The notes under the pieces are model-generated. The model was not told the DNA's origin, searched no databases, and saw only the letters and a list, made by a program, of their open reading frames with translations. A program made the position numbers and the translations under genes. Below are positions 29,295 to 41,233 of a stretch of 64,000 bases of DNA, piece by piece (the first letter of the stretch is position 1; each line of letters starts with the position of its first letter). Source of the stretch: Pseudomonadota bacterium (GTDB lineage: Bacteria > Desulfobacterota > Binatia > Binatales > Binataceae); contig JAJPIL010000001.1 of NCBI GenBank assembly GCA_021324755.1, positions 152-64,151 on the forward strand. The letters run 5' to 3'.

Positions 29295-32200
29295 GGCGCA
29301 AACAGCGAGAGTTCGAAGGTCCTAGCGACCCGTTGTGGTACAAAGACGCGATTTTTTACGAGCTCCGCGTGCGCTCGTTTTACGACAGCAACGCTGACGG
29401 GATTGGCGACTTTCCGGGGCTCATACAAAAGCTCGACTACCTCCGAGACCTGGGAGTGACGACGATCTGGTTGCTACCGTTTTACCCCTCGCCGCTGCGC
29501 GACGACGGGTACGACATATCCGACTATTTTAACGTTCATCCGGACTGCGGCACGCTTCAGGATTTCAAAACTTTGCTCTACGAAGCGCATCGACGAGGAC
29601 TACGTATCGTGACCGAGCTTGTGCTCAACCACACCTCCTCCGATCATCCCTGGTTTCAGCGTGCGCGGCGCGCTCCGGCGGGTAGCGTGTATCGCAACTT
29701 TTATGTATGGAGCGACACCCCCCAGCGATACCAGGAGGCTCGGATAATTTTCCAAGACTTCGAGCAGTCGAACTGGGCGTGGGATCCGGTCGCCAAGGCT
29801 TACTACTGGCATCGTTTCTACTCCCATCAACCCGACCTCAACTTCGACAACCCTGCGACTCGTCAAGCGATTTTGCGCGTCGTCGACTTCTGGCTTGGAA
29901 TGGGAGTAGATGGCCTCCGCTTGGACGCGGTGCCTTACCTCTTCGAACGGGAAGGAACCAACTGCGAGAATCTGCCAGAGACTCACGCATTTCTAAAAGA
30001 GTTGAGAGCTCGCGTGGATGCCAAATTTCCCAACCGGATGCTGCTTGCGGAGGCGAACCAGTGGCCCGAGGATGCGGTAGCGTACTTCGCCCAGGGGGAC
30101 GAATGCCATATGGCATTTCACTTTCCGCTGATGCCGCGCCTGTTCATGGCCATCCGGATGGAGGACCGCTTTCCGATCGTCGACATTTGGGCGCAAACGC
30201 CTCCGATCCCGGACAATTGTCAATGGGCATTGTTCTTGCGCAACCACGACGAGCTCACCCTCGAGATGGTAACCGAAGAAGAGCGCGAATTCATGTATCG
30301 AGCATACGCGCAGGAGTCGCGGATGCGCTTGAACCTCGGCATACGTCGCCGCCTAGCGCCACTTTTGGGCAACAACCGGCGCACGATCGAGTTGCTCAAC
30401 GGGCTATTGCTCTCGCTACCCGGAACACCCGTGATTTACTACGGCGACGAAATCGGCATGGGGGACAACGTTTATCTCGGCGATCGTGATGGCGTGCGGA
30501 CGCCGATGCAATGGAGCGGGGATTTGAACGCCGGCTTTTCCCGCGCAAATCCCCAGCGCCTGATCCTACCTGTGATAATCGACTACGAGTATCACTATCA
30601 GACGGTCAACGTTGAAGCGCAACTACGAAATCCGCACTCGTTATTATGGTGGATGAAGCGTCTTATCGCGCTTCGCAAGCAGTTCAAAGCTTTCGGCCGC
30701 GGCACAATCGAGTTTTTAAATCCTGAAAATTCCCGGATCCTCGCCTTTCTTCGCTCGTATCAGGAAGAGTTGATCTTGGTTGTCGCCAACCTGTCTCGAT
30801 TCGTCCAATACGTACAGCTGGACTTGGCACGCTTCAAGGGTTTTACCCCGGTCGAATTGTTCAGTCGCGCTCCGTTCCCATCCATCGGCGAGCAGCCTTA
30901 TCCGCTGACCTTGGGGCCGCACGGCTTCATCTGGTTTTCGCTAGAAAGACCGCGCGCCGCGACGGTGAAGCTCGAGCGCGCCAGAACGGAGATTCCGCGC
31001 ATCACGATAGAAGGTCCATTAGAGACGGCTTTGCGTGGTGAGGCGCGCGAAGTTCTCGAACGCGCGCTTCTCGACTATGTCCCACAACAACGATGGTTTC
31101 GCCACAAGACCCGTGTGGTGCGCCGAGCGCAAATCGTCGATATCATCCCGATGGCTAACGAGGGCAGGCGAATTGACCTGACCTTTGTTCGCCTGGAGTA
31201 CGTTTCGGGCGATCCGGACACGTACTTGCTAGCGTTGGGTATGGCTTCCGGCCCCGTCGCATCCGAAGTGCGGTCGCGCTTTCCCGAGCGCGAATTGGTG
31301 CAAGTGACGCTTCTGAAGCGTCGCGGCGAAAGCCAAGAACTACTGATTTACGACGCACTGAGCGACGAGGGCTTCGCTCAAGCGCTGCTCGACGTAATCG
31401 ACCGACGGCGCAAGCTCCATGGCCTGGAAGGGCAGCTGGTAGGCTCGCAGCTTGTTGCGTATCGAAAATTGAGAGGCGAGACCAACGGGGCTCTGCTCAA
31501 GCCGCGCATATCCCGAGCAGAGCAGACCAACTCGTCGATCGTATACGGCGACCGTTTCATTCTTAAGCTGTTTCGGCAAGTAGAAGCCGGTGTAAGCCCG
31601 GAACTTGAGCTAGGCAGGATGCTGACGGAACAGGCCGCGTTCCGCTACGTGCCGCCTCTGGTCGGTTATCTGGAGTATCAGGTCGGCCGTAACGAGCCCC
31701 ACACCGTAGCGGTAGTACATGGTTACGTGGCAAATCAAGGCGACGCATGGGAATTTACCGCCAAAGAAACAGCTCTTTTCTTTGAGCGCGTAGCGACTGC
31801 CAAGGCTGGGTTGCCACGCTTGCCGACCAAGCCGCTCGCCTACCTGATCAGCGAGGACAAGCCCGAGGCGGAGGTCGCCGAGATGATCGGCGCCTATCTA
31901 GAAGTTGCCCAGCTCTTGGGTCAGCGCACCGCCGAACTTCATCTCGCCTTGGCGTCGCTCTCCGAGGACCCTGCTTTCGCTCCCCAGCCTTTTACCAAAC
32001 TTTATCAGCGCTCGACATACCAGTCGATGCGCAACCTTGCGAACAGCACGTTCAGAGCGTTGCGCGCCGGTCTGGGATCGTTGGACGAAGAGACGCGCAA
32101 GCGAGCGCAAGCTATACTTGCGCGGCAGGACGACATAAATGCAAGGTTCGAACAGTTTCTTAAAGCGAAAATAACAGCAAAGTTAATTCGCTGTCACGGC

Positions 32201-32671
32201 GATCTTCACCTGGGGCAGATTCTCAACACCGGGAAAGACTTCGTATTTATCGATTTCGAGGGCGAGCCGGCTCGCTCGCTCAGCGAGCGTCGGCGCCAGC
32301 GCCCTGCGTTCCGTGACGTCGCTGGAATGCTTCGGTCATTCCATTATGCCTCGTTCAGTGGGTTGCTCAATCTGAGCAAGACCGGCGCGCTAAGTGGTGA
32401 CGCCCTGGCGCAAGTGATTCCCTGGGCACGCGCATGGCAAACTTGGTGCTCCTGGGCGTTTCTCAGGGCTTACTTGCGCACGGCACAAGGAGCGGCTTTT
32501 TTGCCCGCCGACATCGAAGAGCTGCACGTGCTTCTGGAAACGCTGGTACTGGAAAAAGCGATTTACGAAGCGGGCTACGAGCTGAATAATCGCCCGGACT
32601 GGCTTGCGATCGCGCTGGACGGGATCTCCCAGATTCTCGACTCGGGCAGTGCGGACAAAGTAAAGGCGTGA
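29291..32671 (+). CDS. treS-mak: trehalose synthase (maltose alpha-D-glucosyltransferase) fused to maltokinase
   Basis: N-terminal GH13 TreS signature ([26 protein letters not shown] ... [19 protein letters not shown]). C-terminal about 450 aa is a Pep2/Mak maltokinase ([25 protein letters not shown]). GTG start at 29291 overlaps the glgE TGA (GTGA). Confidence 0.9.
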   Translation: MRRKQREFEGPSDPLWYKDAIFYELRVRSFYDSNADGIGDFPGLIQKLDYLRDLGVTTIWLLPFYPSPLRDDGYDISDYFNVHPDCGTLQDFKTLLYEAHRRGLRIVTELVLNHTSSDHPWFQRARRAPAGSVYRNFYVWSDTPQRYQEARIIFQDFEQSNWAWDPVAKAYYWHRFYSHQPDLNFDNPATRQAILRVVDFWLGMGVDGLRLDAVPYLFEREGTNCENLPETHAFLKELRARVDAKFPNRMLLAEANQWPEDAVAYFAQGDECHMAFHFPLMPRLFMAIRMEDRFPIVDIWAQTPPIPDNCQWALFLRNHDELTLEMVTEEEREFMYRAYAQESRMRLNLGIRRRLAPLLGNNRRTIELLNGLLLSLPGTPVIYYGDEIGMGDNVYLGDRDGVRTPMQWSGDLNAGFSRANPQRLILPVIIDYEYHYQTVNVEAQLRNPHSLLWWMKRLIALRKQFKAFGRGTIEFLNPENSRILAFLRSYQEELILVVANLSRFVQYVQLDLARFKGFTPVELFSRAPFPSIGEQPYPLTLGPHGFIWFSLERPRAATVKLERARTEIPRITIEGPLETALRGEAREVLERALLDYVPQQRWFRHKTRVVRRAQIVDIIPMANEGRRIDLTFVRLEYVSGDPDTYLLALGMASGPVASEVRSRFPERELVQVTLLKRRGESQELLIYDALSDEGFAQALLDVIDRRRKLHGLEGQLVGSQLVAYRKLRGETNGALLKPRISRAEQTNSSIVYGDRFILKLFRQVEAGVSPELELGRMLTEQAAFRYVPPLVGYLEYQVGRNEPHTVAVVHGYVANQGDAWEFTAKETALFFERVATAKAGLPRLPTKPLAYLISEDKPEAEVAEMIGAYLEVAQLLGQRTAELHLALASLSEDPAFAPQPFTKLYQRSTYQSMRNLANSTFRALRAGLGSLDEETRKRAQAILARQDDINARFEQFLKAKITAKLIRCHGDLHLGQILNTGKDFVFIDFEGEPARSLSERRRQRPAFRDVAGMLRSFHYASFSGLLNLSKTGALSGDALAQVIPWARAWQTWCSWAFLRAYLRTAQGAAFLPADIEELHVLLETLVLEKAIYEAGYELNNRPDWLAIALDGISQILDSGSADKVKA

Positions 32672-32791
32672 CCAGTCGAAGGCTCAGAGTAAAGACAAGA
32701 CTGCCGATTCGAAAGCGTGTAAGTTTTGAAAATGGCTTTTTGCCAGCGGTCGTTGCTCTAAGATCGGATTGCCGGCCTGAACGGATGTAGC

Positions 32792-33754
32792 TTATTGCCT
32801 ATGCAACGTTGCAAAAATTTGAACCAAAGCCGGACCCACCACTACAAGCATCATCGCCGGCAACACGAACAGGATGAGCGGAAATAGCATCTTGATCGTA
32901 GCCTTCTGCGCCGCTTCCTCTGCTCGCAGTTTTCGCTTCAAGCGCAAAGAGTCGGACACCGCTCGCAAGGCGGCGCCCATCCGCGCTCCTAGCCTCTCGC
33001 TTTGCACCAACACGGCCGCTAGGCTTCGGATATCGTCAAGACCGGTTCGCTCAGCCATCGAATGTAGCCCCTCGGCGAGCGAGGCTCCCGCGGCAAGTTC
33101 ACCCGACAGCATGGCTAGCTCTACTCCGAACGCTTGACGCTGGCGAGCGCAGACGTTTCCCACGGTTTTGACTGCTTCATAAAGCCCCTGTCCTGCTTCG
33201 ACGCAAACGATGAGAAGATCGATCACGTCGGCGAGCTCCCGACTGAGCTGCGCTTGCCTCATTCGTATCCGCCTGGCCAGATAGTAGTCAGGCAAGATCC
33301 CTCCCATCACGACTCCACAAGCCGCGCTAAAAACCGCGTCTTTCCAGGAACGCGTAATAGGGGCGACTAAAATTGTCGCGCCCGCGGACAGCAAAATCAT
33401 CAAAATAAGCCGCGCAGCTTCGAATACCTTGGTATTGGACCGTCCTACGAACCCCGCTCTAGCTAACTTGAGCAAAAGCTTTCGGCGCCTCGACTCGTGC
33501 AGGCTGGGTTCAGGAAATTTGCGCAGAATCCATCCTAACCATCGATCGTTGGAGACGCCGTTGCTCTCTAGCTCTGGCAACTCAGTTACGCCGTCAAGCG
33601 CTCTGAGTCTAGCGGTCATCGAGCGAAGCCTACTTTCGACGGCCGCTTGTGGATGGAAAATCCAGAAGTAAATAATCGAAGCGCAAGCAGCGAGCAACGT
33701 GAAAACGCCTGCGGCAATAATTATCGAATCGTCGAGCATCGTCAGGAGGTTCAA
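32792..33754 (-). CDS. tadC: Flp pilus assembly inner-membrane protein TadC (T2SS-F domain)
   Basis: Polytopic protein with a T2SSF-type cytoplasmic domain. Located at the distal end of the tad operon and overlaps tadB by 4 nt. Confidence 0.75.
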   Translation of the reverse strand: MNLLTMLDDSIIIAAGVFTLLAACASIIYFWIFHPQAAVESRLRSMTARLRALDGVTELPELESNGVSNDRWLGWILRKFPEPSLHESRRRKLLLKLARAGFVGRSNTKVFEAARLILMILLSAGATILVAPITRSWKDAVFSAACGVVMGGILPDYYLARRIRMRQAQLSRELADVIDLLIVCVEAGQGLYEAVKTVGNVCARQRQAFGVELAMLSGELAAGASLAEGLHSMAERTGLDDIRSLAAVLVQSERLGARMGAALRAVSDSLRLKRKLRAEEAAQKATIKMLFPLILFVLPAMMLVVVGPALVQIFATLHRQ

Positions 33755-34710
33755 AAGTCGAGACGAAGAGTACGTCTAATCGCCAACAAAGCGAGCAAAT
33801 CGAGCGCCAAAGCTGCCTTTAACAACTTCTTCCCCACTGGGTCATAAAACAGCATATGGACGTAGTGGGGATCAAAAATGGCGTAGGCTGCCAACACCAC
33901 TACCGGCATCAATCCAACCACCCATCCGCTTAGCCGAGGTTGAGCAGTTAGGCTGCGCAGTTGCATCTGAATTCGCTGCCGAGTGCGCACCGTATCGGCT
34001 AGTCGCCCGAGAAGTTCAGCCATCCTGCCGCCGGCCTCGCTTTGCAATATCACCCCCACTACCAGAAACCACACCTCGCTGTCCGCCACCCGCTTGGCCA
34101 TCTCTTCAAGGGCGTTTTGGATCGGTTCGCCTAGGCGGTTTCGTTCCAGCACCAAGCGTACCTCGCCTGCCAGCGGGTCGGAAAACTCGCTGGCAACGAC
34201 CTGCAACGCACGCGGGAACGTATGTCCGGCTTCGAGCGACGACTTCATCAAATCCAGAGCCTGGGGAAGCTGGCGCACTAAGGTTTTCACTCGTCGGTTA
34301 CCGCGCCATTTGAAGTACGCGACGCCCAGGCACGCGGCGGCGAACCCGCACCCAACAGAGGCGACCGGGTCGTCGAAAAAAACCAGCCCTAACGCAGCTC
34401 CGGCGGCCGAAAGAAGTCCCAGAACGACAAAGGCCTGGTAGACGCCGATGCGGAGCCCAGCGCGCAAGACCGTGCTCTCCAATCCGATCGCTGCATCTAG
34501 ACGCCTAAGAATCGACCCGAGAGGTTTTTGCCTAGCTCTCCAGTTGACCTGTATGGCCTGGGCTAAGGTGGGCTCCAGTTCGCGAGCGCGCTCCAGCTGC
34601 GACACAATCTCTTTGAGTCGGCGTGCTCGCCGTACGACGGTGACATCCAGTAACAACACGACCGCCATTGCCAACGCGAAAACGGCGACGGCAACGAGCA
34701 AGTCATTCAT
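33751..34710 (-). CDS. tadB: Flp pilus assembly inner-membrane protein TadB (T2SS-F domain)
   Basis: Membrane protein paired with tadC downstream of the cpaF ATPase gene. Start taken at MNDLLVAV (34710) because the longer ORF would overlap cpaF by 65 nt. Confidence 0.75.
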   Translation of the reverse strand: MNDLLVAVAVFALAMAVVLLLDVTVVRRARRLKEIVSQLERARELEPTLAQAIQVNWRARQKPLGSILRRLDAAIGLESTVLRAGLRIGVYQAFVVLGLLSAAGAALGLVFFDDPVASVGCGFAAACLGVAYFKWRGNRRVKTLVRQLPQALDLMKSSLEAGHTFPRALQVVASEFSDPLAGEVRLVLERNRLGEPIQNALEEMAKRVADSEVWFLVVGVILQSEAGGRMAELLGRLADTVRTRQRIQMQLRSLTAQPRLSGWVVGLMPVVVLAAYAIFDPHYVHMLFYDPVGKKLLKAALALDLLALLAIRRTLRLDF

Positions 34711-36079
34711 CTGCGTTGGCTCCGCTTGCGAAAACGTTCGGGTCAAGCTCCAAACCCGCAACTGCAAGGCGTCTACTGTAGGCGGACCGAATACCGGTGG
34801 CTCTGAACGAGCCCATCACCCTGCCATTCGCGTCGACACCTGTTCGGACAAACTCGAACAGGTCTTGCATCATCACGGTCTCGCCCTCCATCCCCGTTAT
34901 CTCGGCGATTTTAAGGACTTTACGGCTGCCGTCCGATAAACGGCTTACGTGCACGATAATGTTGATAGCGGCCGCTATCTGCTGTCGCATCGCGCGCTCA
35001 GGCAAATTCACACCGGCAAACAACATCATCATTTCAAGCCGCGCCAAGCTGTCACGCGGGTTGTTGGCGTGAATTGTGGCGATCGAGCCGTCGTGCCCGG
35101 TCGACATCGCCTGCAACATGTCAAGCACTTCGGCGCCTCGCACCTCGCCGACGATAATCCGGTCGGGTCTCATTCGCAGCGTATTGCGCAGCAAGTCTCG
35201 CTGAGTAACCTCGCCCTTTCCCTCCAGATTGGGTGGACGGCATTCCAGCCGAACCACATGAGGCTGCTGAAGGCAAAGCTCAGCGGCATCCTCGATCGTG
35301 ATTATGCGCTCGTCAGCAGGAATAAATCCCGACAGGCAATTCAGCATCGTCGTTTTGCCCGAGCCCGTGCCGCCACAGATGAGAACGTTTAAGCGGGCAC
35401 GCACCACAGCCGCCAAAAAGTCGGCCATCTGCTTTGTGAGCGCACCGAAATTTAGCAAGTCCTCGATCGTCAAGGGATCCTTGCCGAACCGACGAATCGA
35501 AACCGCGGGACCGTCCAAAGCTAGAGGCGGAATTATGGCGTTGAAGCGCGAACCGTCCCAAAGTCGCGCGTCCACCATCGGCGAAGCCTCATCCACGCGA
35601 CGCCCCACCTGGGAAACGATCCGGTCGATCGTTTGCATCAGATGCTCATTATCTCGAAACGTAACGTCGGTCTTGTACAGGCGACCTCGTCGCTCGACGT
35701 AGACCTGGTTGTAGCCGTTGACCAGAATGTCCGAGATTTCGTCGTCACTCAGCAGCGCTTCGAGGGGACCCAACCCGAGCAACTCGTTTTTAATCTCCTC
35801 AGTCAAACGTTGACGGTCAGCATCGGTCAGCAATCGGCCTTCTTCTTCGAACGTTTCGTTGACCGCTGCAACCAACTGCGCCGAGAGCAGTTCCTGATCC
35901 ATCGTGTCGATCTTTGAGATTTCAATCGTTTCGACCAGTTTCTTGTGAACCTTGGCCTTGAGTTCACCGATACTGGCAGAAATACTCTCGGCTCGCTCCC
36001 TGCCGTTGCCACGCGAAGCTCGTGGTACAACCTTCGGTGTTCTATTCTCGTTAAGTAGTACTCTGTCGAGCAGACCCAT
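34703..36079 (-). CDS. cpaF: Flp pilus assembly secretion ATPase CpaF/TadA (VirB11-like)
   Basis: Walker [15 protein letters not shown]. Asp/His boxes and the ITIEDAAEL ... [16 protein letters not shown] motifs are typical of T2SS-E/CpaF ATPases. Confidence 0.9.
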   Translation of the reverse strand: MGLLDRVLLNENRTPKVVPRASRGNGRERAESISASIGELKAKVHKKLVETIEISKIDTMDQELLSAQLVAAVNETFEEEGRLLTDADRQRLTEEIKNELLGLGPLEALLSDDEISDILVNGYNQVYVERRGRLYKTDVTFRDNEHLMQTIDRIVSQVGRRVDEASPMVDARLWDGSRFNAIIPPLALDGPAVSIRRFGKDPLTIEDLLNFGALTKQMADFLAAVVRARLNVLICGGTGSGKTTMLNCLSGFIPADERIITIEDAAELCLQQPHVVRLECRPPNLEGKGEVTQRDLLRNTLRMRPDRIIVGEVRGAEVLDMLQAMSTGHDGSIATIHANNPRDSLARLEMMMLFAGVNLPERAMRQQIAAAINIIVHVSRLSDGSRKVLKIAEITGMEGETVMMQDLFEFVRTGVDANGRVMGSFRATGIRSAYSRRLAVAGLELDPNVFASGANADE

Positions 36080-36080
36080 A

Positions 36081-37343
36081 TTAATCTTTCACGTCAAAAC
36101 CATTGAGTCGTAACGATTTCGCGATGAATTTCCCCAACCATCCAGATGACCCATCCATCGACCATCCGGACAGCTTGGCCGCCAAAGAAGCATAGCTCTT
36201 CACCAGCGTAGAGTGAGGAGCGTTCTCGAACAAAGGTCGTCCCTGGAGAAAGGCCCTGCGCAGTGATTTAGTGCCGTTCGGTATTTTGGCGAAAACCGCG
36301 TATCCAAGCGACTGCGAGATTTGAGCTTCACCGATAAGCTCTCGCTTGGAGTAGCGGTTGACGACGAACTTAGGCTCGACCGCTGACAGATTGAGGCGCT
36401 TGATCAGGCCAAGGAAGCGCCAGGCCCCGCGCAGGGCCGCAATCGATTGATCGATGACGTAAAGCAGGCGGTCGGAGCATTCCCAAGCGGTTACGACGCA
36501 CTCGTCGACGTGACGACCGCAATCGATCAGTACTACATCGAAGAGCTCACGCATAAGCTCGACCACCGACGTTATCAGCTGGGCGTGTACCAGCTCGGAA
36601 TCTTCGATACGCTTGGGAGCCGCGAGCAGATAGATTCCAGCGGGAGCCTTGGTCAGCGCGCCTTCGAGGCGGATGGAGTCGAGTCTTTGCCCGTCACTGG
36701 CAACGTCGATAATCGTATTTTCTGGCTCAACGTTGAGAGCCGCGCATAAATCAGACGCCTGGAGGTCGAGATCGATAATCGCCACCCTTTTATCAGCCTT
36801 AAGCTTGAACGCGAAGGCCAAATTGGCGGTAATCGTCGTCACGCCGACGCCTCCTGAGACGCTGACCAACGAGCATACGAGCCCTCTGTTCGGTCGGCAG
36901 GCGGCTCGACGCATCTCATCGATTTTGAGCAGCGCACGCGTCAGATCGGCCTTACTCGGTGGCGCGGCGACCACCTCATCAGCTCCAGCTCTGAGCGCGC
37001 GCCGAATCGCTCCTTGCGAGTCGTCGCTTACCACAGCCACGATCGCAGGCTTGTTCTTCACGTGCGCAAACCGCTGGACCAGACGAACGATGGCCGAGTC
37101 TTCGTCGCCGCCGGCCACCACGATGACGTCCGTCTCTGCCGCCGCTGGCGTAAAAAGCCCCTCGAACGTTCCTTCTTGTCTTACATCGAGATGCGGGTCT
37201 TGGATTTCGTTTAAGCTTTTGCGCACCGCCGCGCTAGCTTCCGGCGAAGGGGCGACGATCCAAACCTTGAGCGCATCAGGTCGTATACTCTTTTTGCCCG
37301 AAAGCATCGCAGGCAGTTGGATCGGACTGGTTTTGTTTACCAA
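36081..37343 (-). CDS. cpaE: Flp pilus assembly protein CpaE/TadZ (receiver-like N-domain plus MinD/ParA-type ATPase)
   Basis: Deviant Walker [20 protein letters not shown], and a CheY-like N-terminal domain ([11 protein letters not shown]). Sits between cpaC and cpaF. Confidence 0.8.
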   Translation of the reverse strand: MVNKTSPIQLPAMLSGKKSIRPDALKVWIVAPSPEASAAVRKSLNEIQDPHLDVRQEGTFEGLFTPAAAETDVIVVAGGDEDSAIVRLVQRFAHVKNKPAIVAVVSDDSQGAIRRALRAGADEVVAAPPSKADLTRALLKIDEMRRAACRPNRGLVCSLVSVSGGVGVTTITANLAFAFKLKADKRVAIIDLDLQASDLCAALNVEPENTIIDVASDGQRLDSIRLEGALTKAPAGIYLLAAPKRIEDSELVHAQLITSVVELMRELFDVVLIDCGRHVDECVVTAWECSDRLLYVIDQSIAALRGAWRFLGLIKRLNLSAVEPKFVVNRYSKRELIGEAQISQSLGYAVFAKIPNGTKSLRRAFLQGRPLFENAPHSTLVKSYASLAAKLSGWSMDGSSGWLGKFIAKSLRLNGFDVKD

Positions 37344-39217
37344 AGTCTCGGTCGGCTGGGATCGGGCTGGGGCAACGAGCGCGTACGAATTTCCTGGTAT
37401 GTCATCGACGCGCTGTCAGTGGGTCTGGCTACTTGCGCGCCTTGAGGAATCGCGCGCACGAGTTGGGGCGTGACCGTGATAACCAGTTCCGTCTTGACCC
37501 GATTGTAGGACGTGTTTCGGAACAACGCGCCAGCGAATGGGATATCTCCCATATAGGGGACTTTCGTCACCGTCCGTTGAACGTTCTCCTGAATCAGCCC
37601 AGCGATTATCAAGGTTTCGTTGTTTTTCATCCGTACCTGCGTTTCGGCGCGCTGCGTGATAAATGCTGGCACGTTAAAGCCGAACATCTGTACGCCTTGC
37701 GAGTAATCTGGCTGTGAAACCTCCGGTTTCACTACGAGCTCAATCTCGTCGTCCCCGACTACGGTCGGTATAAAAACGACCGAGGTTCCGAACTGCTTGA
37801 ACACAATAGAAGTGTTAAGCGCCTGGGCGATGACAATCGGAATTTCTCCACCCGACAAAAACTTTGCTTCTTCGCCAGAGTTCGCGAGAATTCGCGGTTG
37901 CGCTAGGATTTTCGCTAACTGATGGCTTTCCAAAAATTGGAAGAACGAATTGCTCTGAAAGCCGCCGTTACTGGTAGCAAGGGCGTACGTGATCTTGTTC
38001 GACAACAAAAGCGGCATGAGCGTGCCACCGGGAGTCATCGTTCCTTGCAAGCCCAGCGGAGTCGGCGGTGCGGCTACACCGGTCAGGGGCGACGGGCCGA
38101 AGGTCGGAAAGATGTTAAGGGGAATAATGGGAGAATAAGGAGTGGCTACATTGCCAGGAAGCCCGACGAGGCTAGTCCCGGCACCCGCGACCGACAAATC
38201 CACGCCTTCGTTTTCGAGTTTTGTGCGGTTAACCTCCGCAACTAGAACGTTGAGCAGCACCTGCTCATGACTTTCCTTTTCGACACGCACTTTTCGTTCC
38301 TGAAGCTGACCCAACGCGTTCCAAACCGCCAACGTGGTGACCCCCGGCTGCCCTCCGATAAGCATCAACTGATTGGGACTGACCAGTTGAATATCGGATA
38401 CCTGCGGATTAGCGATCGACACCCTGGTGATCGGCACGCCGAAGCTGAACACGCGCGAGGTGCCCGTAATCAGAGAAATCAGGCCGCATGGCAGACCGTC
38501 GCTGCGCGCTGTGCAGGTTTCAGCTGACCTGCTTGGAGGCAAAGCAGGAGGATTTGCGATGTACTTGCCGTTTGAAACAACGCTAGGCGACAAGCCTTGC
38601 TGCCCGATGAGCAAAGGCTGGTTCGGTCCGTTAACCGCACCTTTGTTTTTGTCTTCTCTAGCAACGTTAGTCGGCTTGCTCTCAGGATGCGTTGCGGGAA
38701 TTTCCACCGTCGATGTCGCCGTCGAAAAGTCGCCTGGCCGCGCGTAATGGGTCACTGGTCCCGCGCCGGCATCCAACGATCTGGCACTACTAGCGGTTGC
38801 CTCGCCTGCTCCATAAGGCGCAACGGCAGTCACGCTGAGGGGCGGCGAACTCGTGCCTGGAGCCAAGACGTTGGTGGGATCAGCCACGCCTTGCACTATA
38901 AACTCATAGTCGATGACCTTCCCGGTTTGGTCTGTGACACGCACCGAGCCAGCGCCTCGGGATGTCGCCACAACCTGCAGCATGCCGCCGTCCAACGTAT
39001 CCACCAAAAAAGCCGGCGGGTTGCTGCGGAACCTAACTTCAGGCGTCGTTCCAGGCGCGACGTTTCTTATTACGTAGACTTCACCGGCATTCAAATAAAT
39101 TTCTTTGACTTCCGGCCTGCTTTGCGCTAACGCCGACGCTGCCACTCCACACAACGCCGCCGGAAACAGAAGGCTAATCGCGAAAGCCCGAGACCAGCTC
39201 GCCATCATTACGAACAA
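37337..39217 (-). CDS. cpaC: Flp pilus secretin CpaC/RcpA
   Basis: Signal peptide. C-terminal secretin domain LSGGEIPIVIAQALNTSIVFKQFGTSVVFIPTVV. N-terminal BON/pilus-formation domain. Confidence 0.85.
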   Translation of the reverse strand: MFVMMASWSRAFAISLLFPAALCGVAASALAQSRPEVKEIYLNAGEVYVIRNVAPGTTPEVRFRSNPPAFLVDTLDGGMLQVVATSRGAGSVRVTDQTGKVIDYEFIVQGVADPTNVLAPGTSSPPLSVTAVAPYGAGEATASSARSLDAGAGPVTHYARPGDFSTATSTVEIPATHPESKPTNVAREDKNKGAVNGPNQPLLIGQQGLSPSVVSNGKYIANPPALPPSRSAETCTARSDGLPCGLISLITGTSRVFSFGVPITRVSIANPQVSDIQLVSPNQLMLIGGQPGVTTLAVWNALGQLQERKVRVEKESHEQVLLNVLVAEVNRTKLENEGVDLSVAGAGTSLVGLPGNVATPYSPIIPLNIFPTFGPSPLTGVAAPPTPLGLQGTMTPGGTLMPLLLSNKITYALATSNGGFQSNSFFQFLESHQLAKILAQPRILANSGEEAKFLSGGEIPIVIAQALNTSIVFKQFGTSVVFIPTVVGDDEIELVVKPEVSQPDYSQGVQMFGFNVPAFITQRAETQVRMKNNETLIIAGLIQENVQRTVTKVPYMGDIPFAGALFRNTSYNRVKTELVITVTPQLVRAIPQGAQVARPTDSASMTYQEIRTRSLPQPDPSRPRLW

Positions 39218-39451
39218 TCAGTGCAATCCTGTGCTCCCGGCCGCGTTGCCCGCGCTCGTCGTTCCCGCAGCGGCAACTCCGCCGGGCGAAGCGACCTTTG
39301 AAACAACAGGTGATTCTGTGACGCTCAGCGAAGCATTAATTACTGAGGATTGGCCTAGCGATACCCCGCCACCCGAAGCGCATCCCCAGATACACAGAGC
39401 GAAACCAATCATCCACCCCACACGAATTATTCGGACCATAGGCCTCACCAT
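39218..39451 (-). CDS. possible small lipoprotein (77 aa) inside the tad operon
   Basis: Tightly packed between cpaB and cpaC. Hydrophobic N-terminus ending in a Cys (IWGC), then a G/S/A/V-rich segment. No good SD, and the lipobox is atypical. Confidence 0.3.
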   Translation of the reverse strand: MVRPMVRIIRVGWMIGFALCIWGCASGGGVSLGQSSVINASLSVTESPVVSKVASPGGVAAAGTTSAGNAAGSTGLH

Positions 39452-39462
39452 TCAATTGTTGT

Positions 39463-40500
39463 TTACCTAGGCTCAGCATAGGGAGCGGTAGCAGGCATAT
39501 AAACCGGCGCACCGACCTCTATCGTTTTTGCGCCAGGACCGAACACTTCCGAGTTCATAAAGCTCGACGATTCCTCGTCTTTTGACGGGCTCTGCGCTTG
39601 CGAAACACGCATCCCGTTCTGATCCGAAGCAAGTTTCGGACGCCTTTGCAAAGAGGCAGTACCGGCAATAAAGCTTACAAGCTCGCGAGCCTTAGCACCC
39701 CGCATCACCTCTACCCGCACAGCCTGCGCGGACGCTTCCGCGCTAGAGGATCGACGCACTTGCGCTCTGGCAAACACCGGATTGCTGTAGGCTCGAAGCA
39801 ATCCTTCTAGATCGGTCCCGCTAGTGTTTACCAGCTTTTGATCGTCGTAGCGGCGGATAGCAAGCCGCAGCGTGCCTTCGCGACTTGCCAGCGCTAACCG
39901 TTCGGCTTCGTCAGGAGTTACGAGCAACGTTACGACGCGCACGACCTGGGGCTGGCGGTCGCTGCCCTCCAGCTCTTGAGCGATCGCTAGGACCTCGACG
40001 TTCTCGAGCACAATCTTGGCCTTGGGACTCTCCGTTCCTTTGGGGGAATGTATCGCAACCAGCACGTCGACTCGCGCGTGTGGCATCACGAAACCAGCCA
40101 CGCCGCTCACTTCGTCCACCGGCACCGACATCGCCCGCATCCCCGGCGGGATCATCAGCGGCAAAAGACCGCTTGTGGGCGCGCCGTCGTACAACGCGGA
40201 CTTCACAATAGGCTGATCGGCGGCGATGGATACCTTTACGATACGGTCACGTAGGGCCGCAGGATCGGTAATCGCTCCAGCTGGTAGATGGTCGCGAGGC
40301 CACGGTACCATCGCGATCGCCGTGGAGTCGAGTTTGCTACCTAATGGAAGGTTGCGGGTAGCAACGGCGATCGCCACAAGTTGCGGTTGCTGCTTTTTCA
40401 GCAGCTCGTCGCGCGTCTTCAACACCGAGTACACCATGTAAGAGGCGATAGTCGCGATAAGACCCGCGACTAACACAAATACGTTCGGCCGTACCATCAC
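39463..40500 (-). CDS. cpaB: Flp pilus assembly protein CpaB/RcpC (SAF domain)
   Basis: N-terminal TM anchor MMVRPNVFVLVAGLIATIASYMVY, followed by a SAF-like domain. First gene of the machinery operon. Confidence 0.8.
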   Translation of the reverse strand: MMVRPNVFVLVAGLIATIASYMVYSVLKTRDELLKKQQPQLVAIAVATRNLPLGSKLDSTAIAMVPWPRDHLPAGAITDPAALRDRIVKVSIAADQPIVKSALYDGAPTSGLLPLMIPPGMRAMSVPVDEVSGVAGFVMPHARVDVLVAIHSPKGTESPKAKIVLENVEVLAIAQELEGSDRQPQVVRVVTLLVTPDEAERLALASREGTLRLAIRRYDDQKLVNTSGTDLEGLLRAYSNPVFARAQVRRSSSAEASAQAVRVEVMRGAKARELVSFIAGTASLQRRPKLASDQNGMRVSQAQSPSKDEESSSFMNSEVFGPGAKTIEVGAPVYMPATAPYAEPR

Positions 40501-40996
40501 AAGGTTACAGTCTCGGTCTTCGCCCGCCCTCCTACGTCAGCGCAAAACCAAACCCACTTGACACATTAGATGTCGCAGAATCGAACTAAGCCCCTCAGAT
40601 GCCAAGCGTCAGGCTGCGCTGTTCTAAACTTTAAGGGAAAATTTCGCTCGCCTAGCTCCAGACCGCAGGATCGCTAAACCGCTCACGTCCTACGCCCGAG
40701 CACCCGGTATTTGGCTGCTCCGCGGCGCAACCTGAGGTAACGACCGTTTAGGCAGACCTGGAGCACAGCGAGATCAGCTTGTCGTAAGGCTTAAAATCCT
40801 TATAGAACTTTGTTCATTCTACTCATTCATTCAATCGCCTCTCCGTCAAGTTTCTTTAAGCTGCCAGCGCGCGCGGCTTCGTCAGTCAATGACGTCCATC
40901 AGAAAGCTCGGCAACAGCTTGTTTGCGGCTACACATATGGGAGTTTTACAGGCCTACAAGTAAACCCTTTTGCGCAACTCCGAGACAACTCCCAGA

Positions 40997-41233
40997 TCAC
41001 GTGCTCGAGCCGCCTGGGCTTAGATAGTTCGTAACGTCCTGCAGTAGCGCGAGAATCTTTTGACCCAAAGCCGCCCACGCGGTAACCGCAGCTACGGCAA
41101 CCAGCGCGACGATGAGCGCGTATTCCGTCATCGTCTGGCCCTGCTCGCGATCGCCGCGGCGCAACAGGCGGGCAATCTTTCTAAAAGCGAACTCTCGAAG
41201 ATAAAACAGTTGAGCTCGAACTTGCTCGTTCAT
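40997..41233 (-). CDS. flp: Flp/Fap-family type IVb prepilin
   Basis: Prepilin processing motif GQTMTEYALIVALVAVAAVTAWAALGQKI (G/XXXXEY plus hydrophobic core). GGAGGAGG SD 9 nt upstream of the ATG at 41233. Long (about 33-aa) basic leader peptide. Confidence 0.75.
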   Translation of the reverse strand: MNEQVRAQLFYLREFAFRKIARLLRRGDREQGQTMTEYALIVALVAVAAVTAWAALGQKILALLQDVTNYLSPGGSST

